NCBI GenBank assembly: GCA_029838215.1
Contig: JALGVI010000003.1
Span: 68,699 to 132,698, forward strand
DNA from: Candidatus Helarchaeota archaeon
GTDB taxonomy: Archaea > Asgardarchaeota > Lokiarchaeia > Helarchaeales > RDOG01
Reading direction: 5' to 3'
DNA length: 64,000 nt
The translations under genes were made by a program, and so were the position numbers. A model generated the notes under the pieces. It saw nothing but the letters and a program-made list of their open reading frames with translations, did not search any database and was not told where the DNA came from. This document shows, in pieces, positions 1 to 14,190 of this stretch (its first letter is position 1; each line of letters starts with the position of its first letter).

Positions 1-7
1 TTTATTT

Positions 8-307
8 TTAACTTAGTCGTAATATATCTTGAGAATCACCCGGGTCAATCACGGCTAAAGTAGAAACAAGATGATACCTGCCACAGATTTCGCCCAAATC
101 ACGACTTGACCCTTTATACGTATGTAATTTTATTTCTGCGATTTTGCAATAATGTTGCAGTTCTTTGGAAAGACCTTCCGGGCAGTTTGCTGCCTTTATG
201 ATCAATTTTGCTTTTTTCTGCCTGATTGCTTGCATTGAATTCTTATTTCCCAAGAAAATCTTGCCTGTTTTCAATGCAATTTTTATGGCTTTGTCCTCGT
301 CAATCAT
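8..307 (-). CDS. rpl30e: 50S ribosomal protein L30e
   Basis: ALKTGKIFLG...IIKAANCP...YKGSSRDLGEICGR...VIDPGDS matches the L30e/L7Ae family; lies downstream of rpoA2 as in the conserved archaeal operon. Confidence 0.95.
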   Translation of the reverse strand: MIDEDKAIKIALKTGKIFLGNKNSMQAIRQKKAKLIIKAANCPEGLSKELQHYCKIAEIKLHTYKGSSRDLGEICGRYHLVSTLAVIDPGDSQDILRLS

Positions 308-450
308 GAAGACTCGTATCCTTTAATATTTTGGGTTACACATACAACTTAGTTCTTTTAAAGATTTGTTTTAATCAATTTTTTTATTCATTTTCTTTAT
401 GATTTTGAGTAATAAAGGATTGAACTTTATCATTATTTAAATAATTGTCA

Positions 451-4552
<4,102 letters not shown>

Positions 4553-4767
4553 TTTTTCTTCTCAACCGTTTAAAAATTCATTAATCAAATTAGAATTGCA
4601 GAGAACCCCTATCACGATTGGATTCTGGTGTTATGTGGAAAGGATTTTTCAGTGATGGGATGCGCGATCAACTCTTTAATTGATTAAAACTTTGAAAAAT
4701 TCACTAAGAAGGGAATTAAGACTCACTAAAAATTATGGTTGCTCTTTAAATTTCCATTGCGAAAATC

Positions 4768-4782
4768 TTTATAAATTTTTCG
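4768..4782 (-). promoter_or_regulatory. Putative BRE/TATA promoter for rpoA1, implying a leader of about 190 nt
   Basis: Minus strand reads CGAAAAA TTTATAAA (purine-rich BRE then TATA) in the 250-bp gap between thermosome and rpoA1. Confidence 0.4.
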
Positions 4783-4801
4783 ATAAGTTTCGGATGTTTT
4801 A

Positions 4802-6460
4802 TCAAATTGTCGGTTTTGGTTGCCTATCTGGTGGAAGTCCCGGCATTGGTGCTCCAGCATGCGCTTCTGGAGACATTAATTTTGCGGCAACAACATCATC
4901 AATTCGAAGAATCATTGAAGCCGCTTCAACCGCAGATCTAAGCTCTTGAATTTTTACCCAAAGTGGTTCAATAACCCCTATCTCGAACATGTTTGCAATT
5001 TTCCCGTCATATAGATTAAGGGCAAGCCATTTACTTTCTGGATTTTCATGAGCTGCTCGCAATAATACCAAATTATCGATGGGATCGAATCCTGAATTAG
5101 TTATTAACGTTCGAGTAATGGCTTCGAGTGCATCACAATAAATTTCGATGGCTAGTTGCTCTTTCCCTCCGACCGTTTGAGCAAAACGGCGTATGTTCTT
5201 TGCCAATTCAACTTCTACGGAGCCACCACCTCCTAAAACTTTATTCTTTTGTAAAACATCAGCAATTACTGAGAAACCATCGTGTAGAGCTCTTTCTGCT
5301 TCATCAAGTAGATTATCCACTCCACCACGAAGAAGAACTGCCACGGACTTTGGATTTTTGCAACCCTCGATAAAAATAAACTTTTTGTTACTAACTAATC
5401 TTTCTTCTACTAACTCAGCCTCGCCCAAGTCATCTTCAACCAAATCATTTATATCCGTTATAATCTTGCCTTGGGTGGCCATCTTGAGTTTTATCATTTC
5501 TTTCTTCTTAATCCTGCTGATTGCCATGATACCCTCTTGGAGCATGAATTCTTGGGCTATGTCATTAATTCCTTTTTGGCAAAAAACGATAGTTGCTCCT
5601 GTTTTTTTAATCTTGTCAACCATTCGTGCAAGGATTTCCTCTTCTTCATCATGCAATGCTTTGATTTGTTTTATGTCCGTTATTCTTATTTGGGCATCAA
5701 TTTTTGTTTTTTCAATTTCCAGCGGACAATCAATTAATGCAATTTTTGCATTCACGATTTTTCTTGGCATTTCTGGATGAGCGATATTTTCTGCAATTAT
5801 TGCTCCCTTTATGAGTTTAGTATCTGTCAGACTTCCTCCCTGACGTTTTTGGATCTGGATCCTTTCAACGTTCACTTGGATTTCAGTCCCGCGTGTTTCC
5901 TTAATGGACATAACGGCTTCCACGCAGATTTTTGCGAACCTATCCTTGACCGTTGAAACCGCTTTACTATTCAAGGAAGTCAAAGCTATTTTATGTAATA
6001 TGTCCGTGTCTTTTTCAGGATCGATAGAAATGGAAATATCTTCAAGAATTTCTTCTGATTTTGAAAGAGCTTTTTTAAATCCTTTAACAATATGTGTTGG
6101 ATGAACTTTCAAGTCAAGAAGGATTTCTGAACGCTTAAGCAGTTCTCCCGTCATGATCACGGCAGATGTAGTGCCATCCCCTACTTCATCATCCAAGGCT
6201 CTTGCTACTTCTACAATCATCTTCCCTGCTGGATGTTCTATTTCGAGTTCCTCAAGGATCGTGGCTCCATCATTTGTGATGACGATGCCTCCAAGTCGAT
6301 CTACGAGCATTTTATCCATGCCGCGCGGTCCAAGCGTGCTTTTAACCGCTTCACTAATGACTCTGGCTGCTTTTATGTTTATTTTTTGGGCGTCTTGTCC
6401 TTCTACTCTTTTGCTACCTTCTTTTAATATCACTACAGGCTTGCCTGTTAATTGTGTCAT
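4802..6460 (-). CDS. ths: Thermosome (group II chaperonin) subunit
   Basis: [29 protein letters not shown] loop, [16 protein letters not shown]. Confidence 0.97.
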   Translation of the reverse strand: MTQLTGKPVVILKEGSKRVEGQDAQKINIKAARVISEAVKSTLGPRGMDKMLVDRLGGIVITNDGATILEELEIEHPAGKMIVEVARALDDEVGDGTTSAVIMTGELLKRSEILLDLKVHPTHIVKGFKKALSKSEEILEDISISIDPEKDTDILHKIALTSLNSKAVSTVKDRFAKICVEAVMSIKETRGTEIQVNVERIQIQKRQGGSLTDTKLIKGAIIAENIAHPEMPRKIVNAKIALIDCPLEIEKTKIDAQIRITDIKQIKALHDEEEEILARMVDKIKKTGATIVFCQKGINDIAQEFMLQEGIMAISRIKKKEMIKLKMATQGKIITDINDLVEDDLGEAELVEERLVSNKKFIFIEGCKNPKSVAVLLRGGVDNLLDEAERALHDGFSVIADVLQKNKVLGGGGSVEVELAKNIRRFAQTVGGKEQLAIEIYCDALEAITRTLITNSGFDPIDNLVLLRAAHENPESKWLALNLYDGKIANMFEIGVIEPLWVKIQELRSAVEAASMILRIDDVVAAKLMSPEAHAGAPMPGLPPDRQPKPTI

Positions 6461-6470
6461 GCTTTTTTAC

Positions 6471-6836
6471 CTAAAAAATTGCAATGTCTACTTCATCATT
6501 TAGTTTAAATTCATTAAGATTTGTTGGCAAGATTATCTTTAGTGGAATACCACCGATTAGAATGATTAACGTGCTCTGATCTTCTTGTTTTTCAACTGAT
6601 TCTACTGTTCCATGACCAAAAAACTTTGCATTCTCATCGCTCAGTTTTTCACTTTTTCTCGCAATTTTGAAATGAACGTCTTTAGTCGTATCAAAGGCAA
6701 TTAATCGTTCCGGAGTATTTAATTTAATTTCAATTTTTTTCTCTTTTAATGAAAAATATAAAATTTTCATCTCTGCGGCTTTCGGTGTTTCGATTTTATC
6801 GACTTTTACTTTAATATCTAACAAAATTTCCACCAA
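6471..6836 (-). CDS. rpoG: RNA polymerase subunit Rpo8 (RpoG, Rpb8 homologue)
   Basis: 121-aa beta-rich protein; C-terminal [10 protein letters not shown]...[12 protein letters not shown]...[11 protein letters not shown] parallels Rpb8 YVMYGKVY...YVSYGGLLMRL...DSRVYLL; context next to Lsm and tgtA is the known crenarchaeal rpoG neighbourhood. Confidence 0.7.
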   Translation of the reverse strand: MVEILLDIKVKVDKIETPKAAEMKILYFSLKEKKIEIKLNTPERLIAFDTTKDVHFKIARKSEKLSDENAKFFGHGTVESVEKQEDQSTLIILIGGIPLKIILPTNLNEFKLNDEVDIAIF

Positions 6837-6851
6837 AAATTGGTTAAAATA

Positions 6852-7328
6852 TTATTTTCTTTTTCGAAATTTTTCCATTTCTTCAATTTCGGCCTCTGCT
6901 CCAGGACCAAATTGCATTTTTTCAACGAATTTATTATAGACATTGCGCACGCTTTCAGCAAGAGGGCCCGAACCTTCTACTCCAAATTCCGTTACTTTAA
7001 TTTTATTTAATACCATGATAGATCTTGCGTCTGGGAAATATTGCACTTGTCCTTTTGGAAATAATTTGGATATCTCCTCGGTCAAGGCCTGCAAGTCAAA
7101 CCCTTTTGCTGTTTCTATAATTTCTAGAATATGTTGTCCATAAATAAAGATTCTTTCAAATTCATTTCCTTCATCATCTTCGGCAGGCCCTAAACAAATG
7201 CTCATTTTTTGACGTTCCATTCCTAAGAGGGTACCGCTATATACTTTATTTGCAGTAATAACTTTAACTTCTGCATCAATTAATCCGGAAATTTCTCTAA
7301 AAAAACGCTGTTCTGAAGTTTGACTCAT
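6852..7328 (-). CDS. Augmented Sm/Lsm protein (SmAP3 type)
   Basis: Sm1 VKVITANKVYSGTLLG and Sm2 IFIYGQHILEI plus C-terminal domain (VLNKIKVTEFGVEGSGPLAE); start set at ATG 7328 behind GAGGT + 6 nt. Confidence 0.85.
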   Translation of the reverse strand: MSQTSEQRFFREISGLIDAEVKVITANKVYSGTLLGMERQKMSICLGPAEDDEGNEFERIFIYGQHILEIIETAKGFDLQALTEEISKLFPKGQVQYFPDARSIMVLNKIKVTEFGVEGSGPLAESVRNVYNKFVEKMQFGPGAEAEIEEMEKFRKRK

Positions 7329-7375
7329 TTTCTTACCTCCAAACAATCATCAGGACGTATTTTTCCTGCTTTTTC

Positions 7376-9007
7376 TCAATTCTTAAATATTCTTTCAATT
7401 TTAATTTTTAAATGTTCGTGATTATCAAGAACAGTTCCGCTGGATTCGTAGTTCTTAACAACCTGTTGGAATAACTGCAATTTTATGTTATATTTGATAA
7501 TATCTGGATCTTGAAAATCTTTTGGATCGTACAAGATTATATGGGAAAATTGATTTCGATAAGAATTCATGAAATTCTCAATGACCTGCAGGCTTCTAGA
7601 AGGTATTTGATTGCATAAATCCAGAGGATATTCATTTTGGATTAATGGGTATGTACCTTGTAAATCCTCTAAAATGATCCCAAAAAGAGGTGAAACATGA
7701 GCGACTTGCACCAAATGTCTTTCTTTTTCTATTATTTCTTCAAGTATTTTATTAACATATCTTTTAAATTTTAAATTCAAATCATTTAATGGGTATTCTG
7801 GGACTAATAGTAATACTGACCGTGCATTTAGCGATAGATTTTGCATTTTCATTTGGTGTCGGCGAATCTCAGGTCGATCTAGAGATCCCGTGTCAGCGTA
7901 AAAAAAAGCCGTGCTTTTTGACGCAAGCTCATAGGGCTCAAGCCGTTCGCCATACTTTTTCAAAATGTACCTGAATGCTTCTAATAATGCAGGGTGAGCA
8001 CTCACCCTAGTCTGAACCAATTCCCAGATTCTACCTGTTCGAATTGCCTGTCTGATACTTTTTAATTCTTGAAAAGTCACGTATAAGTTGTGTTCTGCTA
8101 TCAAGCATTGGCGCTCTTTTAAAGTCATCTTCAACAGTTCTTTTGGCTTATATTTTAGGCAAATGGGGCAGCTACAAGGGAACTCGTGGATTTTTTCCAG
8201 TCGTAAAGTTCCCATGTTTGTCAGGTATCGGTCGTTTTTTGCAAATAATGCATACGCAGAAGAGTCAAATATGTCTGCTCCACAGGCAATGGCTAGAGAG
8301 AAAAACATGGGATGACCAATTGAGAAAGCATGAAGCGGTCGTGATTGAATCATGCTAAGGCGTGCCACGATTATTTGTTCTGCGACCTGCTTGTAATTGT
8401 ACGACATCAATGATGGTGCTAAAGTACCCAGCGGATGGTAATCAAATTCGAGTTCTGACATGAGTCTTGCAGATTTTTCTACCAAGTCAAGAAATTGTCC
8501 TCCTTGAATCGGTCCTGCCCATAAAATGCCCGAATCTTTTTGTCTCAAGTTTAATGCTTCGATACCGCGCCCATGTGTCGTCTCCACGCCCTTTTCTGCT
8601 TCTTCATGCGAATCGGTATCGGTAAAAATGTCCAGAATTGTCCCAATATCGGGTTTTAAGAGATCTTGGAATTCAACTATCTCTTGATTGGAAACTTCCA
8701 ATTCTTCTCGATACATCCAACTTTGATATGCACCGGAATCAGTCATTATGATACCATCATAGGAAATAAGGGAATGTACTCCCTTGGTTGCCTGTTCTCT
8801 CAGCTCTGGAGTATTGTAAATGATGTATGCATTAGTAATCAACCCATTCATCCCAATCTTTTTCATCTCATTCGGAGTAATTAGAGGAATATTTGGGTTA
8901 TAAACTGGCAATAGATTGGGCGTTTCGATAATGCCGTGTGCTGTTTTTAACTTCCCTATTCGTGCAAGTCCATCTTTTTCGATAATCTCGAACATGTTAA
9001 ACTCCAA
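7376..9007 (-). CDS. tgtA: Archaeosine tRNA-guanine transglycosylase (no PUA domain evident)
   Basis: DGLARIGKL, IETPNLLPV, MTDSGAYQ, Zn motif CSCPIC...HNL, ADIFDSSAYALFA. Confidence 0.95.
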   Translation of the reverse strand: MEFNMFEIIEKDGLARIGKLKTAHGIIETPNLLPVYNPNIPLITPNEMKKIGMNGLITNAYIIYNTPELREQATKGVHSLISYDGIIMTDSGAYQSWMYREELEVSNQEIVEFQDLLKPDIGTILDIFTDTDSHEEAEKGVETTHGRGIEALNLRQKDSGILWAGPIQGGQFLDLVEKSARLMSELEFDYHPLGTLAPSLMSYNYKQVAEQIIVARLSMIQSRPLHAFSIGHPMFFSLAIACGADIFDSSAYALFAKNDRYLTNMGTLRLEKIHEFPCSCPICLKYKPKELLKMTLKERQCLIAEHNLYVTFQELKSIRQAIRTGRIWELVQTRVSAHPALLEAFRYILKKYGERLEPYELASKSTAFFYADTGSLDRPEIRRHQMKMQNLSLNARSVLLLVPEYPLNDLNLKFKRYVNKILEEIIEKERHLVQVAHVSPLFGIILEDLQGTYPLIQNEYPLDLCNQIPSRSLQVIENFMNSYRNQFSHIILYDPKDFQDPDIIKYNIKLQLFQQVVKNYESSGTVLDNHEHLKIKIERIFKN

Positions 9008-9010
9008 GTC

Positions 9011-10201
9011 TCATTCTATGAATTCAAGGCGAGATAGATCATCGGGCAGTGCTCGACCGACTTTTCCACAGTGAAATATCTTTCCATCTTTTTCATATGC
9101 CACTATGTCTGCAGTAAAATCAAAGACACCCTTGAATAACGCACTACCAATTCCAATTGAATCGAAAGGCACGTCTGCCTCTATGAATCTTTCTATTTTT
9201 TTTGCAGTGAAACCGCCTGAAACCACGATCTTGACCTTATCTCTCGTGAATCCCTGTTCATCTAACACCTCCCGAACATTATTGACGAGCACGGGATTCA
9301 CCCCTGTTAGCTTTTCGTGGCTCCATTGCTTCTTATTGATGATGGAATAATCTACTAAAGTTCCCGAAGTATCTAATCTAACTCCCCACAAAGATAATCC
9401 TTCTTTTTCGAATGCAAGGGCAACCTTAAGAGCCGTTTCGGCACAATTATTTTCAAAATCGACCAGGGATATGCAATTCACTTCGGGATGGGTTCTTGCG
9501 AACCATAATGTTGCCTCGACTGTTGCATCATCCCAGCACCCTTCTATTTCTCCCGGTTTAAAAAAAGCAATGAGTGCATGAGGAATTGTTCCAAGTGGTT
9601 TTCCACCCCACCACTCCTGCTGAGCGGGTGTACTTCCTCCTAATGCTCCCACGAGATTTCCCGCAAGACCGTCAAGATATTGCGTGCTGTAGAGGTCAAA
9701 CCTTGCAGGGAAAAACAATACAGGGATGTTTTTTTTGGAGGCTGCTTCAATGACGGTCCTAGTATTCGTGGCAACCTTGGTACCTCTAGCAATAATCCCT
9801 AAATAAACTGTCTCGAGCTCGATAAAATTCGAAAGGCTCCCTTTTATCGTCAGGACCGTTTCGCCAGGCGAAATAATGTCTCCATCATAAAGTGCTTTTA
9901 TTTCAACAGGTCCTCTTGCACATGCTTGAATTATCCTGATTGCATAATCAATTCCACATAACACTGCTTCTCCGCTTTCGTGTCGAGAAAATACGTTCAT
10001 TATCAAGGTAGGATCGTAATCGGGGGTTTTCTTTTGAAATTTTTCGATGACCTGGCGAGATCTTGTGAAATAGACATCTGTAAAGAAACCATTTCTCAAT
10101 AATGCCAGTTCTTCCTTACGAATATTAAATACACGAGCAGGCAATCTACCACTTGGACTTCGATTCTTGTTTAACGTCTTGCTTGCCAAAATTACCACCA
10201 A
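9011..10201 (-). CDS. pncB: Nicotinate phosphoribosyltransferase
   Basis: FTDVYFTRS, GTIPHALIA (phospho-His), LVDFENN, GVRLDTS, IVVSGGF, IGIGS. Confidence 0.85.
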   Translation of the reverse strand: MVVILASKTLNKNRSPSGRLPARVFNIRKEELALLRNGFFTDVYFTRSRQVIEKFQKKTPDYDPTLIMNVFSRHESGEAVLCGIDYAIRIIQACARGPVEIKALYDGDIISPGETVLTIKGSLSNFIELETVYLGIIARGTKVATNTRTVIEAASKKNIPVLFFPARFDLYSTQYLDGLAGNLVGALGGSTPAQQEWWGGKPLGTIPHALIAFFKPGEIEGCWDDATVEATLWFARTHPEVNCISLVDFENNCAETALKVALAFEKEGLSLWGVRLDTSGTLVDYSIINKKQWSHEKLTGVNPVLVNNVREVLDEQGFTRDKVKIVVSGGFTAKKIERFIEADVPFDSIGIGSALFKGVFDFTADIVAYEKDGKIFHCGKVGRALPDDLSRLEFIE

Positions 10202-10360
10202 GAATTCTCATGTAATGCAAGAAAAAATTGGATTTCATCCATTTAAAATATAAGAACTCGTTTTTTTTTATAAATATGAGTAGTCAAGACTAACGATTTC
10301 ACGTTAATCGATCATCTTTTTGGATAAAATCAATTCATTATAAATGAAAATTCTAGGATT

Positions 10361-10969
10361 TTGATAAGCATGAAAAGAATAAGAATGCAAGAACTAATGA
10401 AGACGTTAATTGACCTTGCTGTAACTAAAGGAGCACACTCAGACTTAACAAAACCTATTAAAATGGATCAAATTGTAGTTCCAAACCAGTGGGTGAGATG
10501 GAAATGCCAATTCGCTTGTGACATGTACGGGAAAAGGCTCTGTTGCCCCCCATACACAACAACGATTGAAGAAACACGTCAGCTTCTACAAGACTATGAG
10601 GACGGGCTTCTAATTGGTTTTATCGGTAATTTGGCTCGTGAAAGTTATAATAAACATCAAAAGAAAATGCATGAAACTCTTCTTAGACTCGAGCAAGAGG
10701 CTTTCAAGGCCAATTACGTGAAGGCATTTGTTCTTTCGACAGGCATTTGCTTGGTCTGCAAGGATTGTGTTTTAAAAGATTTGCCAGCTGAAACACCACC
10801 AAGAGTTGCAAAAGCGTTTTGCCGCCATAAAAACAAGATGCGCCCATCCATGGAAGCAGTAGGTATTGATGTCTTTGGTACGGTTCACAATCTTGGCATC
10901 GATCTCGATGTAATCTCCGAAAACAATACTGAAAATGTCCGAAATTTTGGTCTTTTACTAATAGAATGA
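10361..10969 (+). CDS. DUF2284 family predicted metal-binding protein
   Basis: VRWKCQFAC..YGKRLCCPP, GICLVCKDC, CRH...MRPSMEAVGIDVFGT. Confidence 0.8.
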   Translation: MISMKRIRMQELMKTLIDLAVTKGAHSDLTKPIKMDQIVVPNQWVRWKCQFACDMYGKRLCCPPYTTTIEETRQLLQDYEDGLLIGFIGNLARESYNKHQKKMHETLLRLEQEAFKANYVKAFVLSTGICLVCKDCVLKDLPAETPPRVAKAFCRHKNKMRPSMEAVGIDVFGTVHNLGIDLDVISENNTENVRNFGLLLIE

Positions 10970-11005
10970 TCCGTTGATGATGCAGTAACAAAAAAACGGG
11001 TGACT

Positions 11006-11022
11006 AAACGTGATCCACGTTT
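11006..11022. promoter_or_regulatory. Short inverted repeat, possible operator
   Basis: AAACGTG-ATC-CACGTTT, about 27 bp upstream of a TTTAAA box preceding the 11094 gene; could be chance. Confidence 0.2.
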
Positions 11023-11093
11023 CTATTTAGATGCCTAATCGAACACATGATTTAAACATCTTGATTTCCATCATTAAAAGCAGGTGAACATTT

Positions 11094-11654
11094 TTGGAAC
11101 AACTTGAAAAACTCGGAGAATGGCCATCTGTAAAATTGATTAAAGCATTGGTCTTGCTTTCACTCGCCCTTATTTTTATCATTTATCCAATAATGGGTCT
11201 ATTTTTCACATTATCAGGATTTAGCACTAGCAATATCATTTCAAGTCAATTGTCTTTCAGTGGTTCCATATTAAAGGCAATGTACATCCCTGTTGTCTTG
11301 AGCGGTGGTCTTTTTTTCTATCAACTCTCTCAAACTATCGATTACATCTTCATGTTTTCTTATGGCTTGCTCATCTTTAATTTGGCATTAGTAATTTCGC
11401 GTGCTTTTGAAGAATCTTCTTTCTGGAGAAAATCCGGATATGTCATTGCTCTATTCGGAATTATTGCTCCAAGTCTTGATGCAATCGAAAATGCCTTTAT
11501 CCTTTTGACATTAACGAACCCTCTTGGTTTTCCCGATTGGTGGGCTGTTGCACATTCATGCTTTGCACTACCTAAATGGCTATTTATAATGGTTGCATTA
11601 CTGTGGGCGATCATAGCGGCAATTATTCTACTGGTCAAAAAGATTCGCTCTTAA
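11094..11654 (+). CDS. Hypothetical integral membrane protein (4-5 TM)
   Basis: Several hydrophobic stretches; LDAIEN motif; CAGGT SD-like element upstream. Confidence 0.7.
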   Translation: MEQLEKLGEWPSVKLIKALVLLSLALIFIIYPIMGLFFTLSGFSTSNIISSQLSFSGSILKAMYIPVVLSGGLFFYQLSQTIDYIFMFSYGLLIFNLALVISRAFEESSFWRKSGYVIALFGIIAPSLDAIENAFILLTLTNPLGFPDWWAVAHSCFALPKWLFIMVALLWAIIAAIILLVKKIRS

Positions 11655-11774
11655 AATCTTCTTTCTTTTTGCTCAAAACTCATCCGCATGAATTTTTGAC
11701 GTGTTTAAAAAAACTACAATAGATAAGAAAAGAGAAAAAATAGGTTAGTATTCTAACTTGTAGAGGACTTTAAC

Positions 11775-13505
11775 TCATTGCTGTAGAATTTCTGTCGCCA
11801 TTTTCTGTATTTCATTATTATCGTGCTTGGTGAGCTCTGTAAGTTGAGGCTTTAACGTTTTTACTATATCGGGCTTGTTTTTCGCTAAGGATTTAATGGT
11901 TTTTAATGAAGATTTCACGACTTTATTCTTTTTATCTATTAACCCATTCTTGAAATGGATGGAAAATTGCTCGAGGTTCTTGTTTTTAATGATTTTGCCT
12001 AGAAACTTCTGTGTTTCGGCACGTACTCCTGTCTTTTCGTGGCTGAGCATCTGCTGTAATGCTGTTTCAAATTCTTCATCCTTGAATAATTCCACCGGTA
12101 AATCGTCAATACCTGAGTTTAACAAGGAGATGATGTCCTTGGTTTCAAGCGACAACGGAGTGAAAGCATCGACACCATTTAATTGCGCCAATAACAGGTT
12201 GAATATGAGTTCGTTCTCGTTAAAATTGACTGTCGACAAGGGCTCTATTTCCAGTGCTTGGAGGAAAACATCATAAAACCTATTTAAATTCCCGCATTCA
12301 TCAATTGTTCGAATATCGTTGTATTTTTCTTTTAAATCATCAAGAAGTTCACATGCACAGGGACCTAATAATAAGATTGGCTCAACCAGATTTTCTAATT
12401 GTTCTTCTTCAAATCCTTTTCCGAAAATGGCTGTCAAGCCATTTCGTTTTGCCAGGTCGCCAGAATCCTGCCAAATCAATTCTAAAGAAACCAGGGATAG
12501 ACCCACGCAACCGCATCGACAATGAGCCAGGACGTTTTTTCCATATTTATTGATGCCAATTAACTCAACATAATTCGGAGGCAAGCACTTTTCTGGAAGA
12601 GAACGAGATCTAAAGTCATAAGGAACGGATTGAATCAATCCATCAACATCTCCTTCGTAAATGATTTCAATTTGTGCTTCATCACCGATGCCCAATCCAC
12701 GTTCGTGGGCTATTCGAGTTGTTCCGACTTCTAAACTCTCATATCCCATTAGTTTTGCACTGATGGCATCAACGGCGACAGTGTCCGAACCCCCAAATAC
12801 AATGTTATAATCATAAATGTATGGATCGTCCGGATCTCGCAAGTATTTCTCACTTGCACAGGGACCGCGTGCCATGGCATGTTTAGCATCCACGATGCAG
12901 AAATCAGGTCGAACCTTCTCGAATATATCGACCAATCGTTCTTCGTGATACCAATCATGCCTGATGGCCTTGGAAGAGTCAAACAAATATCCTAACGAAA
13001 GTTTTATTCCAATCGTTATCTTCGTTGCCCAATGCGCTTTAAATTTTGGAACGTGAATCAAAATATTCTTTTTTCTCTTATCTTTATTGATTATTTCATC
13101 AACCACGATTTCTGCAAAATCCACTTCATATTGCTCTTTACCGATTTTTACTTTTTTGAACGGCTGTTCATCCATGAAAACGCAATTACAACCACGTTCT
13201 TTAATGACTTTAGTAAGTCCTGTAAAATACATCGTGATCCTCGTGATCAAGCCAGAAGTGCAATTTTCGATGACATGGATTCTATCAGGTTCGAGACCTG
13301 CTTCGATGTATAAATCAAGTAATGCTGCTAAGAATTCCGGTTCCGTATAGCAATATGGCGTGAGGTGAACTGCATTGATTTTTATGAAAAGTTTTCCATC
13401 ATTATCTGTCGGAAAAAAGTTTTTAATCCCACCAAATGCTTCGAATACACCAGAAATTGCTTCCTTGTAGTTTTTATCCAACTTCTTGATGGCGACCTTA
13501 CTCAT
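11775..13505 (-). CDS. DUF362 family Fe-S-type protein with C-terminal helical-repeat domain
   Basis: LFIKIN, IIHVPKFKAH..TKITIGIK, PDFCIVDA, GSDTVAVDA are DUF362 hallmarks; Cys cluster HCRCGC; last ~110 aa HEAT-like; start moved to ATG 13505 after GAGGA. Confidence 0.75.
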   Translation of the reverse strand: MSKVAIKKLDKNYKEAISGVFEAFGGIKNFFPTDNDGKLFIKINAVHLTPYCYTEPEFLAALLDLYIEAGLEPDRIHVIENCTSGLITRITMYFTGLTKVIKERGCNCVFMDEQPFKKVKIGKEQYEVDFAEIVVDEIINKDKRKKNILIHVPKFKAHWATKITIGIKLSLGYLFDSSKAIRHDWYHEERLVDIFEKVRPDFCIVDAKHAMARGPCASEKYLRDPDDPYIYDYNIVFGGSDTVAVDAISAKLMGYESLEVGTTRIAHERGLGIGDEAQIEIIYEGDVDGLIQSVPYDFRSRSLPEKCLPPNYVELIGINKYGKNVLAHCRCGCVGLSLVSLELIWQDSGDLAKRNGLTAIFGKGFEEEQLENLVEPILLLGPCACELLDDLKEKYNDIRTIDECGNLNRFYDVFLQALEIEPLSTVNFNENELIFNLLLAQLNGVDAFTPLSLETKDIISLLNSGIDDLPVELFKDEEFETALQQMLSHEKTGVRAETQKFLGKIIKNKNLEQFSIHFKNGLIDKKNKVVKSSLKTIKSLAKNKPDIVKTLKPQLTELTKHDNNEIQKMATEILQQ

Positions 13506-13643
13506 TATAATTTCCTCGACCCAAATATCCATTAAATTTATTCCTGAGTGATAATCGTTCGAATGAAGGCATTTGAAAACGAAATCTAATCTATCAGGAT
13601 TACCATATTAGTATTGGAAACATCGTATTTATTGATGATTGCA

Positions 13644-14183
13644 ATGTCGAAACGGCGACAGGAAACAAGAATTAGCAAGTTCATGAGCTATCTGCTTCGT
13701 CACGATCCGCAGCATCTGAAGATGGATCAGGAAGGATTCGTGGACACGGATGAGTTCCTGAAGTTATTACAAGCGCGTTTTAACTGGTTCACGAAATCGG
13801 ATTTAATTTCATTAGTTAATGAAAACGAGCGATATGAAATCTCGGATAATCGAATTAGGGCCGTTTATGGTCATTCAATTGATGTTTCTCCTAAACTCGA
13901 GACAGTACAAGTTAATATCTTGTTTCACGGAACATCTCAAGAGTCCGCGGAAAGAATTCTCAGGGATGGACTGAAGTCAATGAACCGAAATAAAGTCCAT
14001 CTTTCGAGAACCGTCAGCCGTGCGAAAGTCGTTGGACGACGGAAGGCGCGCCATCCCGTCATTCTAATAATTGATGCCAAATCAGCTTCTGATGATGGTA
14101 TTGTATTTGAAAAAGCAACGGATGACGTTCTAGTTTGTAACGAAATTCCTCCAAAATACATCCGAGTTTTGGACGATGAATGA
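13644..14183 (+). CDS. kptA: RNA 2'-phosphotransferase (Tpt1/KptA)
   Basis: SKFMSYLLRH, IRAVYGHS, LFHGT, GLKSMNRNKVHLS. Confidence 0.93.
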   Translation: MSKRRQETRISKFMSYLLRHDPQHLKMDQEGFVDTDEFLKLLQARFNWFTKSDLISLVNENERYEISDNRIRAVYGHSIDVSPKLETVQVNILFHGTSQESAERILRDGLKSMNRNKVHLSRTVSRAKVVGRRKARHPVILIIDAKSASDDGIVFEKATDDVLVCNEIPPKYIRVLDDE

Positions 14184-14190
14184 TGAACGG

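Noticed and set aside
4802-4870. Thermosome C-terminal Pro-rich tail instead of GGM repeats
   Set aside because: Tail variation is common among group II chaperonin paralogues
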